Of a stretch of 64,000 nt of DNA, positions 11,267 to 21,667 are shown piece by piece. Every line of letters begins with the position of its first letter. The stretch's first letter is position 1. The DNA is taken from the NCBI GenBank assembly GCA_963829055.1, contig CAWHHI010000017.1, positions 128,001 through 192,000 of the forward strand, written 5' to 3'. The notes under the pieces are model-generated. The model was not told the origin of the DNA, ran no database searches, and worked only from the letters and a program-made list of their open reading frames with translations. The position numbers and the translations under genes are program-made. Source of the stretch: an uncultured Gemmatimonadaceae bacterium. Lineage in GTDB: Bacteria > Gemmatimonadota > Gemmatimonadetes > Gemmatimonadales > Gemmatimonadaceae.

Positions 11267-13095
11267 CCGGCCTCGCTGTGTCGCTGCCGAATCGGGTTGG
11301 TGGCGCCGCGGCGCGCCTCATGGAAGGGCTACGCCCGCGAGCCATGCGCACGATCCGCGGGCGCCTCGCGTTCGGCTTCGGCGTCACCGTCGTCCTCGTC
11401 GCGACGATCGCGACCCTCGCCGTCAACGCGCTGCGCCGAGGCAACGCCGGCAACGCGGAGGCGCTCGAATCCGTCGAGCAGGAGTTCGATGGATCGCAGC
11501 GCGTGATCACCGCCGCACTCCGCGAGATCGCGTCCGGCGTGCAGTACCTCGAGAGCGGCACCGCCGACGATCGCGAACGGTGGGAAGCCATGGTGTCGCG
11601 CGCCGGAGTCGGCGCGATCGGACGCGGCGAAGGTATCGACGTTGACCGCCGACCAGCGCGCGCGCCTCGAGGAAGTCGGCAACCTTCAGAGCGCGGTCGA
11701 AGTGCGCATCGCGATGGCGCAGGCGTACCGCCGCATCGGCGAGCCTGGCCAGGCCGCACCGCTGGTAAAGAAGGCGTTCGATGACGTCGAGTCCATCGAC
11801 CGGACGCTCGAACAATTTCGCGCTGGGTCGGCAGCACGACGGCGCGACATTGCGTCCGGGCTCGCGGACAGCCTGCGCCGCGACCAGTTGCTCGTGCTCC
11901 TGCTCGGTGTCGCCGCCGTCGTCGTTGCGATCATCTTCGGCGTCGGGACATCGCGGGCAGTGACGCGTCCGCTCGCGGCGTTCGCCGTGGACATGGAAGC
12001 GATGGGCGAAGGCGATCTGCGTCTCGCCATCGATGACCACCGCGGCGCCGACGAGTTCGCGAAGCTCGCGAACGCGCTTCGCCGTGCCCGGGAGCGGCTG
12101 GGCGCACTCGTCTCGCACGTGCAGGTCGAGTCGGAACAGGTCTCGTCGGCGGCGAATCAGCTCGCCGCGAGCGCGACCAGCGTGTCCGACGCCGCGAGCC
12201 ACATGACGCGCGGGCATCACAGACATCGCAGAGGGTGCGTCGGCGCAGCTCGAGGCGTTGGGCTCCGCCGCGGCTGCTGTTCGGCGACTGAGCGACGCCG
12301 GCACGGCCATCCAGAGCGCCGTGGCAGCGACGGGTAGTGCGGGCGTCGAGATCCGCGCGACGGCGAACGACGCGCGCTCCGAGCTGGCGAACGCGGTCGA
12401 CGACGCTGCGCGAGGCGGCGGAAGTCGCCAACGGTTCGGCCGCCGAGATCCGGGAGCTGCAGGACGCGACCGCCGCGGTCGACAACTTCGCGACGCTCAT
12501 CGGCAGCATCGCGTCGCAGACGAACCTGCTCGCGCTCAACGCGGCAATCGAGGCCGCGCGTGCGGGCGCGTACGGTCGCGGCTTCGCGGTCGTCGCCGAG
12601 GAAGTGCGGCTGCTCGCTGACCAGAGCCACCAGGCGTCGGAGGAAGTCGCCGAGAGCGTGCGTCGCATCCGCGAGCGGATCGATCGCGCGGTCGGATCGG
12701 TCGGCGTGGGCACGGCACGCATGCGCGACGCGCGGAAGGTTGCGGAGAACGCGTCGGCGTCGCTCGACCGGATCGAGCGCGCGATCGCGTCCGTCGAGGA
12801 GGCGACGGCGCAGGTGGAGGAGGTCGTCGCCGCGAGCCGGGAGCTCATCGGCGAGGTCGACAGCGCAATGGAGCGCGTGCGCGCGGCGGCAGAAGGACAC
12901 GCGGCCGCCGCGCAGGAAGTTGCCGCGGCGGCCGAGGAGAGCTCGGGATCGATGCAGGAAGTCTCGGCCACCGCGCAGCAGCTGCAGCTCGCGGCGAACC
13001 GCGTCCAGGGAATGACGCAGGAATTCCGGACGGAGGAATTCCGCGCCGTAGTCATTCCGAGCGAGCTCGCCGGGCGGGGTCAGACTCGAGTCTGA
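11263..13095 (+). CDS. Methyl-accepting chemotaxis protein (2 TM, HAMP, signalling domain); frameshifts
   Basis: [39 protein letters not shown] motif GDL...DEFAKLA; GTGA overlap with upstream gene. Confidence 0.9.
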
Positions 13096-13099
13096 CCCC
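13076..13099. repeat. REP-like perfect palindrome family A, GGGGTCAGACTCGAGTCTGACCCC; provides the MCP stop codon
   Basis: 24-bp perfect palindrome, six copies in window. Confidence 0.9.
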
Positions 13100-13116
13100 A
13101 ATGACGCAACTACGGA

Positions 13117-14400
13117 TTACTTCTTCTTCGCCTTTCCTGCCGGCACCGACGCAGCCGCTGACGTGTCTCCCGCCTTCTTCGCTCTGAACACCATCGTCTG
13201 CCCTTCGTAGCCGAACGTGACGTCGGCTGAATTCTCGACCTGCGCGATGGCGACGCGCAGCGAGTCGAGCGGCGCATCGACACTCGCCGGCCGATCGAGC
13301 GCCTTGAGCTCGGGGACCTTGATGTCGACGCCGTACCACCGATTGAGCTCCGTCACCACGTCGCGCAGTTGACGGGCGATCGTGACCCGCCGCGTCGTCC
13401 AGTTCGTGGCAACGCCGAGTTCCGCTGGCGTCGGCTCGCGCATTGTTCCGTTGCTCTCGATCACCAGGGCCTGCCCATTCGAGAGCGCGCGCTCCTGTTT
13501 GTCCACCTTCACCGTTGCCTGTCCCTCGGGGACGCGCACCGTGACGACCGGATCGTTGGGGTACGCCCGTACGATGATCGTCGTGCCCGTCGCGATGACG
13601 GCCGCGTTTCCAGCACGAATCTCGAACGGCAGCGGGTTCCCCGGCGCGACCGTGAAGCGTCCCGCGCCGTCGACCTTCACCGCGCGCATCTGTTCGTTGA
13701 ACTGCTTGGGGAGCGTGAGCTTCGAGCCCGCGCCGAGCATCACCTTGGTCGAGTCGTCGAGCGTCAGCGTGCCGGTCTGGCCGTTCGCCGCGGAGAGCGT
13801 GCGCGCTTCGCTCGAGGCCAGCGCTCGCGTCACGGCGCGGTCGGCACCGAGCTGTGTGGCGTACCACATGGCGCCGCCGGCGATGGCCGCTCCGACCACG
13901 CCGATGAGCACCGGAATCCGCCAGGACTGCGGCTTCGACAGATCGCCGACGTGTTCCGCAGCCGAGTGGCGAAGCTGCTCGGTGTACGCCTGCGCTTCGG
14001 CGCGGGTGGCTTCGGGATGGATCTGTCGCGTTAGGTGCTGCCACGCCTGATCCACATCCGGCGCCGATGTCGCGTGGTGGGCACCGCCGCTCGATGCCCC
14101 GCCGAGATGATGGGCTGCCGCGCGACGACTGAGCTCGCGGGCGGCGCAGCGGCGCACCATGTCGTGGAGGTACGCCGTCAGGTCGGCTTCCGTGGCGATG
14201 CTCGCGCGATCGTCCCACGCCTGGCGGAATGCCGACTCGACGACCTTTGGCGCGGCGGACGCCGCGCTTTCCCCCAAGTGGCCTCGAGCCTCCTGGCAGA
14301 GACTCGAGAAGTGCGTGCGGAAGAGGTTTTCGAGTGTGGCCTCATCACGCAGCGGTCCGTCGATCGTTCCTGGAGCGTTCGACAGCGACGATCCGGTCAT
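13117..14400 (-). CDS. FecR-family membrane protein with N-terminal sigma-70 region-2-like domain
   Basis: GGAGG then ATG at 14400; sigma2-like N-terminus, TM, FecR motifs L.DSTKVMLGAGSKL, GT...VR, LRDVV.ELNRWYGV.I. Confidence 0.8.
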   Translation of the reverse strand: MTGSSLSNAPGTIDGPLRDEATLENLFRTHFSSLCQEARGHLGESAASAAPKVVESAFRQAWDDRASIATEADLTAYLHDMVRRCAARELSRRAAAHHLGGASSGGAHHATSAPDVDQAWQHLTRQIHPEATRAEAQAYTEQLRHSAAEHVGDLSKPQSWRIPVLIGVVGAAIAGGAMWYATQLGADRAVTRALASSEARTLSAANGQTGTLTLDDSTKVMLGAGSKLTLPKQFNEQMRAVKVDGAGRFTVAPGNPLPFEIRAGNAAVIATGTTIIVRAYPNDPVVTVRVPEGQATVKVDKQERALSNGQALVIESNGTMREPTPAELGVATNWTTRRVTIARQLRDVVTELNRWYGVDIKVPELKALDRPASVDAPLDSLRVAIAQVENSADVTFGYEGQTMVFRAKKAGDTSAAASVPAGKAKKK

Positions 14401-14807
14401 TGCGACCTCCGGGACGCGCAGGGTGGCTCGGGCCGCCCATTGCTTCTTCATCCCGGCATCGTCGCCGGGGTGACTGACGGCCATACGATTCAGCCTGCAG
14501 CCTATGCAGCCTTTACCGCATTTATCTGACCCAATCCTGCCACATGCGGCGGGCATGTCAAGCCGAGCCAGAGACAGCGCGGCGGAGTTTTCAGCGGAAG
14601 GCCATTCGTCCGGGCTCACCAGAAGGGATTGGGATGTCAAACGTCTTCCCATTCTCACGGACGCAGCGTGGCGCTCGTCACCGCGCAGAGCGTGCACGAG
14701 CCCGACATTCAAGTGCACACGGATGACGTCGTTACGCGCACGAGGGCCGCGCGTCCAGAGGGAGCCCAGAGCAGTTGTCCGCGCCGTTTTAGCCTTAAGA
14801 GGACGTA

Positions 14808-15173
14808 ATGCGTGTACCGCACGTGATCGCCGGAGTTCTGGCTTTGGTGCTCGTCGGGTGTGCGCGACTCATTCCACCCGATTCGATCATCGCGCTGGAA
14901 GTAGGGCCGCAACAGGTGAACGTGGTGGTGGGGGCAAGCCAGCCACTGCAGTTGATCGGAACGCGCGGGGACGGTCGCACGGTGAAGCTCTCGGCCAAAG
15001 ACCTCCGATTCTCGTCGCGCGACTCGTCGGTAGCACGCGTGACGCGTGACGGTGCCGTTCAGGGCTTGCGGCTCGGCCGGACTTCGATCTCCGCTACGCT
15101 CATGACGCCTGGTGGGCTAGTGTCGGTGAACGGAATTGCGGTCGCGGTTGGAGCGATGGTCGCGCGAAAGTAG
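14808..15173 (+). CDS. Lipoprotein with Ig-like (Big_2) domain
   Basis: Lipobox LVGC; FSSRDSSVARV..G.V.G...G...I.A. Confidence 0.75.
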   Translation: MRVPHVIAGVLALVLVGCARLIPPDSIIALEVGPQQVNVVVGASQPLQLIGTRGDGRTVKLSAKDLRFSSRDSSVARVTRDGAVQGLRLGRTSISATLMTPGGLVSVNGIAVAVGAMVARK

Positions 15174-15339
15174 AAGCCGAGCTCGACAAAGTCGCGCTAA
15201 GAGCGGTAGCTGAAGCGGCCTCACCGGAATATCTCCGGCGAGGCCGCTCTCTCATCCGTGGCCGATCCGTTTCGTGGAGCATGGCACCTCGCATGCGTTT
15301 TTGAGCGGATCACTCGCTCAGCAAGGAGGAACAGCCACC

Positions 15340-15903
15340 ATGGAGTCACTCAACCCTCAAATACTCATTGGCGTGCTCGTCGCGTTGGCGGTCGTCGTGA
15401 TCGCCTTCGTGCTGATGCAGAAGCGACGCACGGACGAGTTGCGCGGGAAATTCGGACCCGAGTACGAGCGACTGGTTCAGCAGCATGGCGACGCTCGACA
15501 TGCGGAGAGCGAGCTCGCCAGTCGCGTGGATCGGGTGAAGCAACTGCACATCAAGCCGATCACACCCGAGCACCGCGACCGATTTGCCGAAGCGTGGCGC
15601 TCCGACCAGGCGCGGTTCGTAGATGATCCGAAGGGCGCGGTGGTGGAAGCCGACCGACTCGTCGCAGACCTGATGCAGGTCCGTGGCTATCCAGTGGGCG
15701 ACTTCGAGCAGCGCGCCGCGGATGTGTCGGTGGATCACCCGCACGTCGTACAGAACTATCGCGTTGCGCACGACATCGCCGTCCGCGAGCAGCGGGGCGA
15801 AGCATCGACCGAAGATCTCCGCGTCGCGATGGTTCACTATCGCGCGCTGTTCGAGGATCTGCTCGACTCGAACGAGCCTGAGCCAAGGGAGGCACACCGA
15901 TGA
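15340..15903 (+). CDS. Membrane-anchored conserved hypothetical protein
   Basis: AGGAGG RBS; N-terminal TM; FGPEYER, FVDDP..AV.EAD, STEDLR.A..HYR.LF..LL. Confidence 0.8.
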   Translation: MESLNPQILIGVLVALAVVVIAFVLMQKRRTDELRGKFGPEYERLVQQHGDARHAESELASRVDRVKQLHIKPITPEHRDRFAEAWRSDQARFVDDPKGAVVEADRLVADLMQVRGYPVGDFEQRAADVSVDHPHVVQNYRVAHDIAVREQRGEASTEDLRVAMVHYRALFEDLLDSNEPEPREAHR

Positions 15904-16442
15904 CCGATCCTCGACGTTCCAATGATGAGCGCCTGTCCACCGCCGACCTCGCCGCCGCTGGTGAGCGTGCGACCCAGCGCGGAGTCGACCAGACACAGGC
16001 TCAGCGTCCCGCGCAGGCGCAGCCTACGCCGCCCGGACGCCCGCAGACCGACCGCGAGGTCATGCGCGACGCGCAGCGCGCCCAGCGCGCCGATGTCGGT
16101 ACGGAGACCCCGGGGCCATCGGCGACGCCCGCGCCGCGCGCGACGGCCGACCACGCGCACGACCACGACCATCCTACGCCACTGTTCGCCGGCAACGAGA
16201 CCGACGAGTTCCGGCACCGTTGGAACGACATCCAGACGGGTTTCGTGGACGAGCCGCGTCAGGCGGTCGAGCGCGCCGACGCGCTGGTTGCCACCGCGAT
16301 CAAGCGCCTGGCGGAGATCTTCGCGCAGGAGCGCGGCGTCCTCGAACAGCAGTGGGCGCGCGGCGGCGATGTCTCGACGGAGGACCTGCGCGTTGCTTTG
16401 CGCAGATACCGCGGGTTTTTCGACCGCCTGTTGTCCGTCTAG
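15900..16442 (+). CDS. Conserved hypothetical protein, paralogous C-terminal domain to upstream gene
   Basis: ATGA overlap; W..IQ.GFVDEP..AV..AD and STEDLR.A...YR.FF..LL. Confidence 0.8.
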   Translation: MTDPRRSNDERLSTADLAAAGERATQRGVDQTQAQRPAQAQPTPPGRPQTDREVMRDAQRAQRADVGTETPGPSATPAPRATADHAHDHDHPTPLFAGNETDEFRHRWNDIQTGFVDEPRQAVERADALVATAIKRLAEIFAQERGVLEQQWARGGDVSTEDLRVALRRYRGFFDRLLSV

Positions 16443-16453
16443 GACATCGGATC

Positions 16454-16477
16454 GGGGTCAGACTCGAGTCTGACCCC
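16454..16477. repeat. REP-like palindrome family A
   Basis: Exact 24-bp copy. Confidence 0.9.
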
Positions 16478-16499
16478 ATTTGCGATCATCGTTTTGTTG

Positions 16500-16561
16500 C
16501 TACGTCATTGGGGTCAGACTCGAGTCTGACCCCAATGACGCCAATGACGTAGTCTGACCCC
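16500..16561. repeat. REP-like palindrome family A, extended arms with partial duplication
   Basis: ctacgtcattGGGGTCAGACTCGAGTCTGACCCCaatgacg then ccaatgacgtagtctgacccc. Confidence 0.88.
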
Positions 16562-16658
16562 ATTCCAGGCCGGCAGCGCACGTTGCTGACGACTCGCCGG
16601 ACGCGCATCATCTGCGAGCGTTTCAATGCTTGCCGCCCTTCCCATTCCCGATCCGCCG

Positions 16659-18176
16659 ATGCGTCGTTCCGCCCTCCTCGCGGCCGCCCTGCTCCTTCCG
16701 CCAGCCGCCTTCCGCGCCAGTGCGCAGAAGCCTAACGAACCTGCCCGCCAACTCGACGCGTACACCGCGCAGGCGGTGAAGGACTGGGGCGCCGTCGGGC
16801 TCGCGATCGCCGTCGTCAAGGATGGCCAGCTCGTCTTCGCCAAAGGCTACGGCGTGCGCGAGCTCGGGAAGCCCGAACAGGTCGACAGCGCGACGCTGTT
16901 CGCCATTGGATCCACCACGAAGGCCATGACCGCGGCGTCCATCGGCATGCTCGTGGACGAAGGCAAGCTGCGTTGGGACGACCCCGTCACCAACTACCTG
17001 CCGACGTTCCAGCTGCACGACCCGTGGGTCACGCGCGAGATCACCATCCGCGACCTGCTCACGCACCGCGCCGGCCTCCCCAACGCTGATTACCTCTGGT
17101 ACGGCTCCAACAATTCGACGACCGAGATTCTCCGCCGCGTGCGGCTCGTCGAGCCGGCGTACTCGCTGCGATCGAGCTTCATCTATCAGAACGTGATGTA
17201 CGCGGCGGCCGGCCAGGTCATCGCCGCCGTCAGTGGCATGCCGTGGGAAGAATTCGTCCGCACACGCATCTTCACGCCGTTGCACATGGCCCGCACGGTG
17301 CCGCTCCTTTCGCGCGCCGGCGCGATGCCTAACGTCGCCACGCCGCATGGCCTGGTCGACGACACCATGCGCGTCATCCCGAATGCGAGTGTCGATCCGG
17401 TCGCCTCGGCCGGCTCGGTCTGGTCGAGCGTCGCCGACATGTCGAAGTGGATGCGCTTCATCCTCGACAGTGGTCGCGTCGACGGCAAACCGCTGCTCAA
17501 ACCGACGACGTTCGCCGAGCTGCTCAAGCCGCAGACGATGGTGCCGCCGAACGAGTTCTATCCGACGGCCCGCCTCACGCACCCGCACTGGACCACATAC
17601 GCCCTCGGCTGGTTCCAGCAGGACTACAACGGCCGCGCAGTCAGCTTTCACACCGGAAGTATCGACGGGATGGTCGCCATCATCGGGCTCGTTCCCGACG
17701 AGCGGCTCGGCGTCTACGTCCTGGCCAACGCCGACCACGTCGAGCTGAGGCACGCGCTCATGTTGAAGGCGTTCGACCTCTGGGGCCCGCCGAACGCAAA
17801 GCCACGGGACTGGAGCACCGAGCTCCGCACGATGTATGGGAACCAGCGCGCTCAGGCGGTCGCCGCCGCGAAGGCAGCGGAGGCCAAGCGCGTGACCGGC
17901 ACGAAGCCGTCGTTGGCGCTCGCGCGCTACGCGGGCGTCTACGCCGACTCGCTGTACGGCGAGGCGACCGTACGCTCAGCCGGGGACGGCTTGCGACTGC
18001 GGGTTGGAACGACGGAGGGCTCTCTCGAGCACTGGCAGTACGACACCTTCAAGGTCCGATGGGACACGCGCTGGCTCGGCACCGACCTCGTGACTTTTGT
18101 GCTCGGCTCTGACGGTGCGCCAGCGCGGCTGGAGATGGACAGACGGTCGTTCGCGAGAACCGATCGTGGCAAGTAA
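16659..18176 (+). CDS. Serine hydrolase (beta-lactamase/class C-like) with DUF3471-like C-terminus
   Basis: Signal peptide; F.IGSTTK, LLTHRAG, YQN, HTG; YAGVY.DSLYG. Confidence 0.9.
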   Translation: MRRSALLAAALLLPPAAFRASAQKPNEPARQLDAYTAQAVKDWGAVGLAIAVVKDGQLVFAKGYGVRELGKPEQVDSATLFAIGSTTKAMTAASIGMLVDEGKLRWDDPVTNYLPTFQLHDPWVTREITIRDLLTHRAGLPNADYLWYGSNNSTTEILRRVRLVEPAYSLRSSFIYQNVMYAAAGQVIAAVSGMPWEEFVRTRIFTPLHMARTVPLLSRAGAMPNVATPHGLVDDTMRVIPNASVDPVASAGSVWSSVADMSKWMRFILDSGRVDGKPLLKPTTFAELLKPQTMVPPNEFYPTARLTHPHWTTYALGWFQQDYNGRAVSFHTGSIDGMVAIIGLVPDERLGVYVLANADHVELRHALMLKAFDLWGPPNAKPRDWSTELRTMYGNQRAQAVAAAKAAEAKRVTGTKPSLALARYAGVYADSLYGEATVRSAGDGLRLRVGTTEGSLEHWQYDTFKVRWDTRWLGTDLVTFVLGSDGAPARLEMDRRSFARTDRGK

Positions 18177-18327
18177 CCGTGGACAGACCTCGCCAGCGTC
18201 GGTCTGGCACGGTCTGAGCATAGAGAGGGCTTTGCTCATCCAGCGATGGACGTCCACGCCGTTGTGGGGCATCGCTTGAGCCGAGTATCAGCGTCGTCAA
18301 CCCTTCTAACGCGGTGCGAGGCCAACC

Positions 18328-18588
18328 ATGTCGATCCTCTGGACCATCATCATCGGACTCATCGTCGGTGCGCTCGCGAAGTTCGTGATGCCCGGCAAAG
18401 ACCCGGGCGGCATCATCATCACGATTCTTCTCGGCATCGTCGGCGCGTTCGTCGGTACGTTCATCGGGCGCGCGCTCGGATTGTATGCGAATGGCCAGTC
18501 CGCTGGCTGGATCATGTCGGTGATCGGCGCGGTCATCGTGCTGTTCATCTACCGTATGGTCACGGGTCGTCGCGGACCTGTCGTGTAA
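18328..18588 (+). CDS. GlsB/YeaQ/YmgE family stress-response membrane protein
   Basis: IIIGLIVGALAK..PG...LGIVGAFVG...SVIGAVIVL. Confidence 0.92.
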   Translation: MSILWTIIIGLIVGALAKFVMPGKDPGGIIITILLGIVGAFVGTFIGRALGLYANGQSAGWIMSVIGAVIVLFIYRMVTGRRGPVV

Positions 18589-18721
18589 GCAGCCGGGGCC
18601 AGGCTACTGGCTCCCGCAGTGTGCTTGTGGCTACGTGTCGGACGGATGAGCCTGACCGCTTCCATCCAGTTCCGGCACGTAGTCGCGTGCGCACGTAACG
18701 CAGCCGCAATCGTGATCCGAC

Positions 18722-18763
18722 TACGTCATTGGGGTCAGGCTCGAGCCTGACCCCAATGACGTA
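18722..18763. repeat. REP-like palindrome family A variant with compensatory changes (GGCTCGAGCC core)
   Basis: 42-bp perfect palindrome tacgtcattggggtcaggctcgagcctgaccccaatgacgta. Confidence 0.9.
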
Positions 18764-18786
18764 TAGCAAGCAAATCAGCGCAGATC

Positions 18787-19665
18787 CTACCGCGCCATTC
18801 CGACCACCACGCAGCCGACCACAATGAGCGCCACGCCAACGCGCTTCGGCGTCGAGATGTGTTCGCGGAGCAGGATCGCCCCGAGGGCCACGCCCACCGC
18901 GATGCTCAGCTGCCGGAGCGCGATCACGTAGCTGGACGTCCCCGTCCGTAGCGCCACGAGGACCAGCAGGTACGACGTGATATTGAAGAACCCGACCTGC
19001 AGAATCGCGCCCCAATGCTGCCGCCACTGCGCGGCGACCTCCGCGCGCGGATACCGGCGCCAGATGAACGCGCCATAGGCCACGGCCGTGATCGCCGTGT
19101 ACGCGTAGATGTACGCGAACGCCGGCACGCGCTGCACGGCGCGCTTGTCCCAGATCGTGTAGCACGCCGCCGCGAACGCGGCGAGCAACGCGAACGACGT
19201 AGCCGGGCTCCGCAGTCGCTGCCCGAGTGACGCAAGCGAGCGCCACTCGAGCGTCGGTAGCTGGAGCGCGAGGATCCCGGCTACGATGAGGGCGAGCGCG
19301 GCGGCGCCCAGTGGACTCACGCGTTCGCCGACGGTCAGGTACGCGAGCGCCGGCAGAAACAGCAGGATGCTGCCGCGAGCGACCGGATACACGAACGACA
19401 GATCGCCGTGACTGTACGCCCAGGCGAGGCAGACGTAGTTCGTCAGCACGAACCCCGCGCCGACGACCGCGAGCCACAGGAGGCCGTGCTGCTGGGCAAG
19501 TGTCGGGACGACGAGGACCAGAAACAGCGGCGCGAACATCACGACCTCGCCGACCTTGCTGAGTCCCACGAACAACTGCGTACCGCCACTGCGCTTGAGC
19601 AGGAAGTTCCAGTAGGCGTGGGTCGCGGCCGAGAGGACGACGAGCAGGAGCGCGGTCAGCGTCAT
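18787..19665 (-). CDS. DMT/EamA family transporter
   Basis: About 10 TM; HAYWN, AY..GDLS.VYP.ARG, ALRQLSI. Confidence 0.88.
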   Translation of the reverse strand: MTLTALLLVVLSAATHAYWNFLLKRSGGTQLFVGLSKVGEVVMFAPLFLVLVVPTLAQQHGLLWLAVVGAGFVLTNYVCLAWAYSHGDLSFVYPVARGSILLFLPALAYLTVGERVSPLGAAALALIVAGILALQLPTLEWRSLASLGQRLRSPATSFALLAAFAAACYTIWDKRAVQRVPAFAYIYAYTAITAVAYGAFIWRRYPRAEVAAQWRQHWGAILQVGFFNITSYLLVLVALRTGTSSYVIALRQLSIAVGVALGAILLREHISTPKRVGVALIVVGCVVVGMAR

Positions 19666-19793
19666 CCGTCCAACCTATCGGGGCTGCGCGCGCGCGGCCA
19701 ACGGTTCGCCGCCAGCCGCCGTTCTGTATGACGAACGGTTTGCCCCATCACCCGCCTGGACCAGGCGTACCACTCGTGAAGGACTCGCTCCAT

Positions 19794-21503
19794 ATGACCC
19801 GCAGACACGTCTTCGGCCCGCTCCTCGTCATCGTGCCCGCTGCCCTCGCGGCCCAGCAGCCGGCGACGCTTCCCCTCAAGCACACGGCCCAGCCGACCAC
19901 GGCCGCGATCTCGCCGGCGGATCTCATGACCCGCCTCTACATCTTCGCCGACGACTCCATGCAGGGTCGTGAGACCGGCACGGTCGGCCATCTGAAATCG
20001 ACGGCCTACATCGCGGGTGAGCTCAAGCGGCTCGGGATCCAGCCCGGCGGTGACGAGGGCAGCTACTTCCAGGATGTCCCGATGATCCGTCGCGCCTTCG
20101 ACCCGGCGTCGACGATCACGGTGGGCTCGACGACGCTCCGCGGCGGCACCGACTTCATCGCCCAGGCGCGCGGCGCGATCCCGTCGCTGAGCGGCGTAGG
20201 CGTCGTGTTCGGTGGGACCGCGGGCGACACGACGTCGCTGCCAAGCCACGACCAGATCGCCGGCAAGATCGTGATTCTCAAGGCGGCTCCGGGCGGCGCC
20301 GGCTTCGGCGGACGCGGTGGCGGCGGACGCGGCTTCGGCGCCCTCCGCGCGTTCAGCGATGCCGTGGCGATCGCGACGGTGACAGACGCGCTCACGCCGG
20401 CGGCGGTGAATGCGGCAACACATCCGCGCGAAGGCGATGTGATGATGAAGCCAGCGGGCACCAACGCTGCTGCACCCGGCGCGCAGCTCACGCTCACGAT
20501 CACGCGCTCCGCCGCCGAGGCCTTGTTAGGCACCACCGTCGATGCCGCGACGAAGGGGCAGGCGGGTAAGACGATTCAGGCGGACATCAAGTTCCGTGAC
20601 GATCCCGCGCCGGCGCGCAACGTCGTCGCGATCATCCGCGGCTCCGACCCCAAGCTGCGCGGCGAGTGGGTGGCGTTAGGCGCGCACAACGACCATGTGG
20701 GCATCGGCAATCAGGCTGTCGACCACGACTCGCTCCACACCTACAACGCGGCGCGCTTCGCGATTCGCGGCATGGTGTCGCGTGGCCAGCAGGCGACTCC
20801 GGAGCAGGACGCGGCGGTCGCAGCGATTCGCCTGAACCTCGACAGCATCCACGCGGCGCGCCCGGCGCGCCTGGACTCGATCCGCAACGGCGCCGACGAC
20901 GACGGCTCGGGCTCGGTGACGCTGCTCGAGCTGGCCGAAGCGTTCCAGAAGTCTGCGGTCAAGCCGAAGCGCTCGCTGGTGTTCGTCTGGCACGTCGGCG
21001 AGGAGAAGGGCTTGTTAGGCTCACGCTGGTACTCGGATCACCCGAGCGTTCCGCGCGATTCGATCGTGGCGCAGCTCAACATGGACATGATCGGCCGCGG
21101 CGATGCCCAGGACCTGCCGGTCGGGAGCCCGACGTACGTGCAGCTCGTCGGCTCGCGGCGTCTCTCCACGGAGCTCGGCGACATGGTCGAGGCGGTGAAC
21201 AAGACGGAGAAGATGCCGCTCACCTTCGACTACCAGTTCGACGCGAACGGTCACCCGGAGAACATCTACTGCCGCAGCGATCACTACAACTACGCGCGCT
21301 GGGGCATTCCGGTGGTGTTCTTCACGACGGGCCTGCACGGCGACTACCACCAGGTGACGGACGAGCCGCAGTACATCGACTATCCGCACATGGCGCGCAT
21401 CGGCCAGCTGGTGTACGACGTCGCGACGAAGGTCGCGAACCTCGATCACCGTATCGTGGTGGATAAGGAGAAGCCGGATCCGGCGGGGGTCTGCCGCCAG
21501 TAG
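19794..21503 (+). CDS. M28 family metallopeptidase, secreted
   Basis: GAHNDH, NGADDDGSG, GEEKGLLGS, NMDMIG, RSDH, DYH...D. Confidence 0.92.
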   Translation: MTRRHVFGPLLVIVPAALAAQQPATLPLKHTAQPTTAAISPADLMTRLYIFADDSMQGRETGTVGHLKSTAYIAGELKRLGIQPGGDEGSYFQDVPMIRRAFDPASTITVGSTTLRGGTDFIAQARGAIPSLSGVGVVFGGTAGDTTSLPSHDQIAGKIVILKAAPGGAGFGGRGGGGRGFGALRAFSDAVAIATVTDALTPAAVNAATHPREGDVMMKPAGTNAAAPGAQLTLTITRSAAEALLGTTVDAATKGQAGKTIQADIKFRDDPAPARNVVAIIRGSDPKLRGEWVALGAHNDHVGIGNQAVDHDSLHTYNAARFAIRGMVSRGQQATPEQDAAVAAIRLNLDSIHAARPARLDSIRNGADDDGSGSVTLLELAEAFQKSAVKPKRSLVFVWHVGEEKGLLGSRWYSDHPSVPRDSIVAQLNMDMIGRGDAQDLPVGSPTYVQLVGSRRLSTELGDMVEAVNKTEKMPLTFDYQFDANGHPENIYCRSDHYNYARWGIPVVFFTTGLHGDYHQVTDEPQYIDYPHMARIGQLVYDVATKVANLDHRIVVDKEKPDPAGVCRQ

Positions 21504-21566
21504 CGAGGCCTTAGGAAGCCGGAGGAAGGAGGTGGCTGGGGACTGGGGACTGGGTAGTTCAGGCGC

Positions 21567-21663
21567 GCAGCGAGCAGCGCGTGGTGTACAAGCGCGCGAA
21601 TAGCAGCAGCGGGCAACGTGCGGCCGCGGCATGCAGCCGTCGGCACAGGCAGCGTGCAGCGCG
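21567..21663 (+). repeat. Dispersed repeat family E
   Basis: Near-identical core to 6330-6430. Confidence 0.8.
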
Positions 21664-21667
21664 ATTC

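Noticed and set aside
16454..16561. Mini CRISPR array (two 24-bp repeats with a 32-nt spacer)
   Set aside because: The repeat is a perfect palindrome dispersed singly elsewhere, there are only two units, and no cas genes are present.
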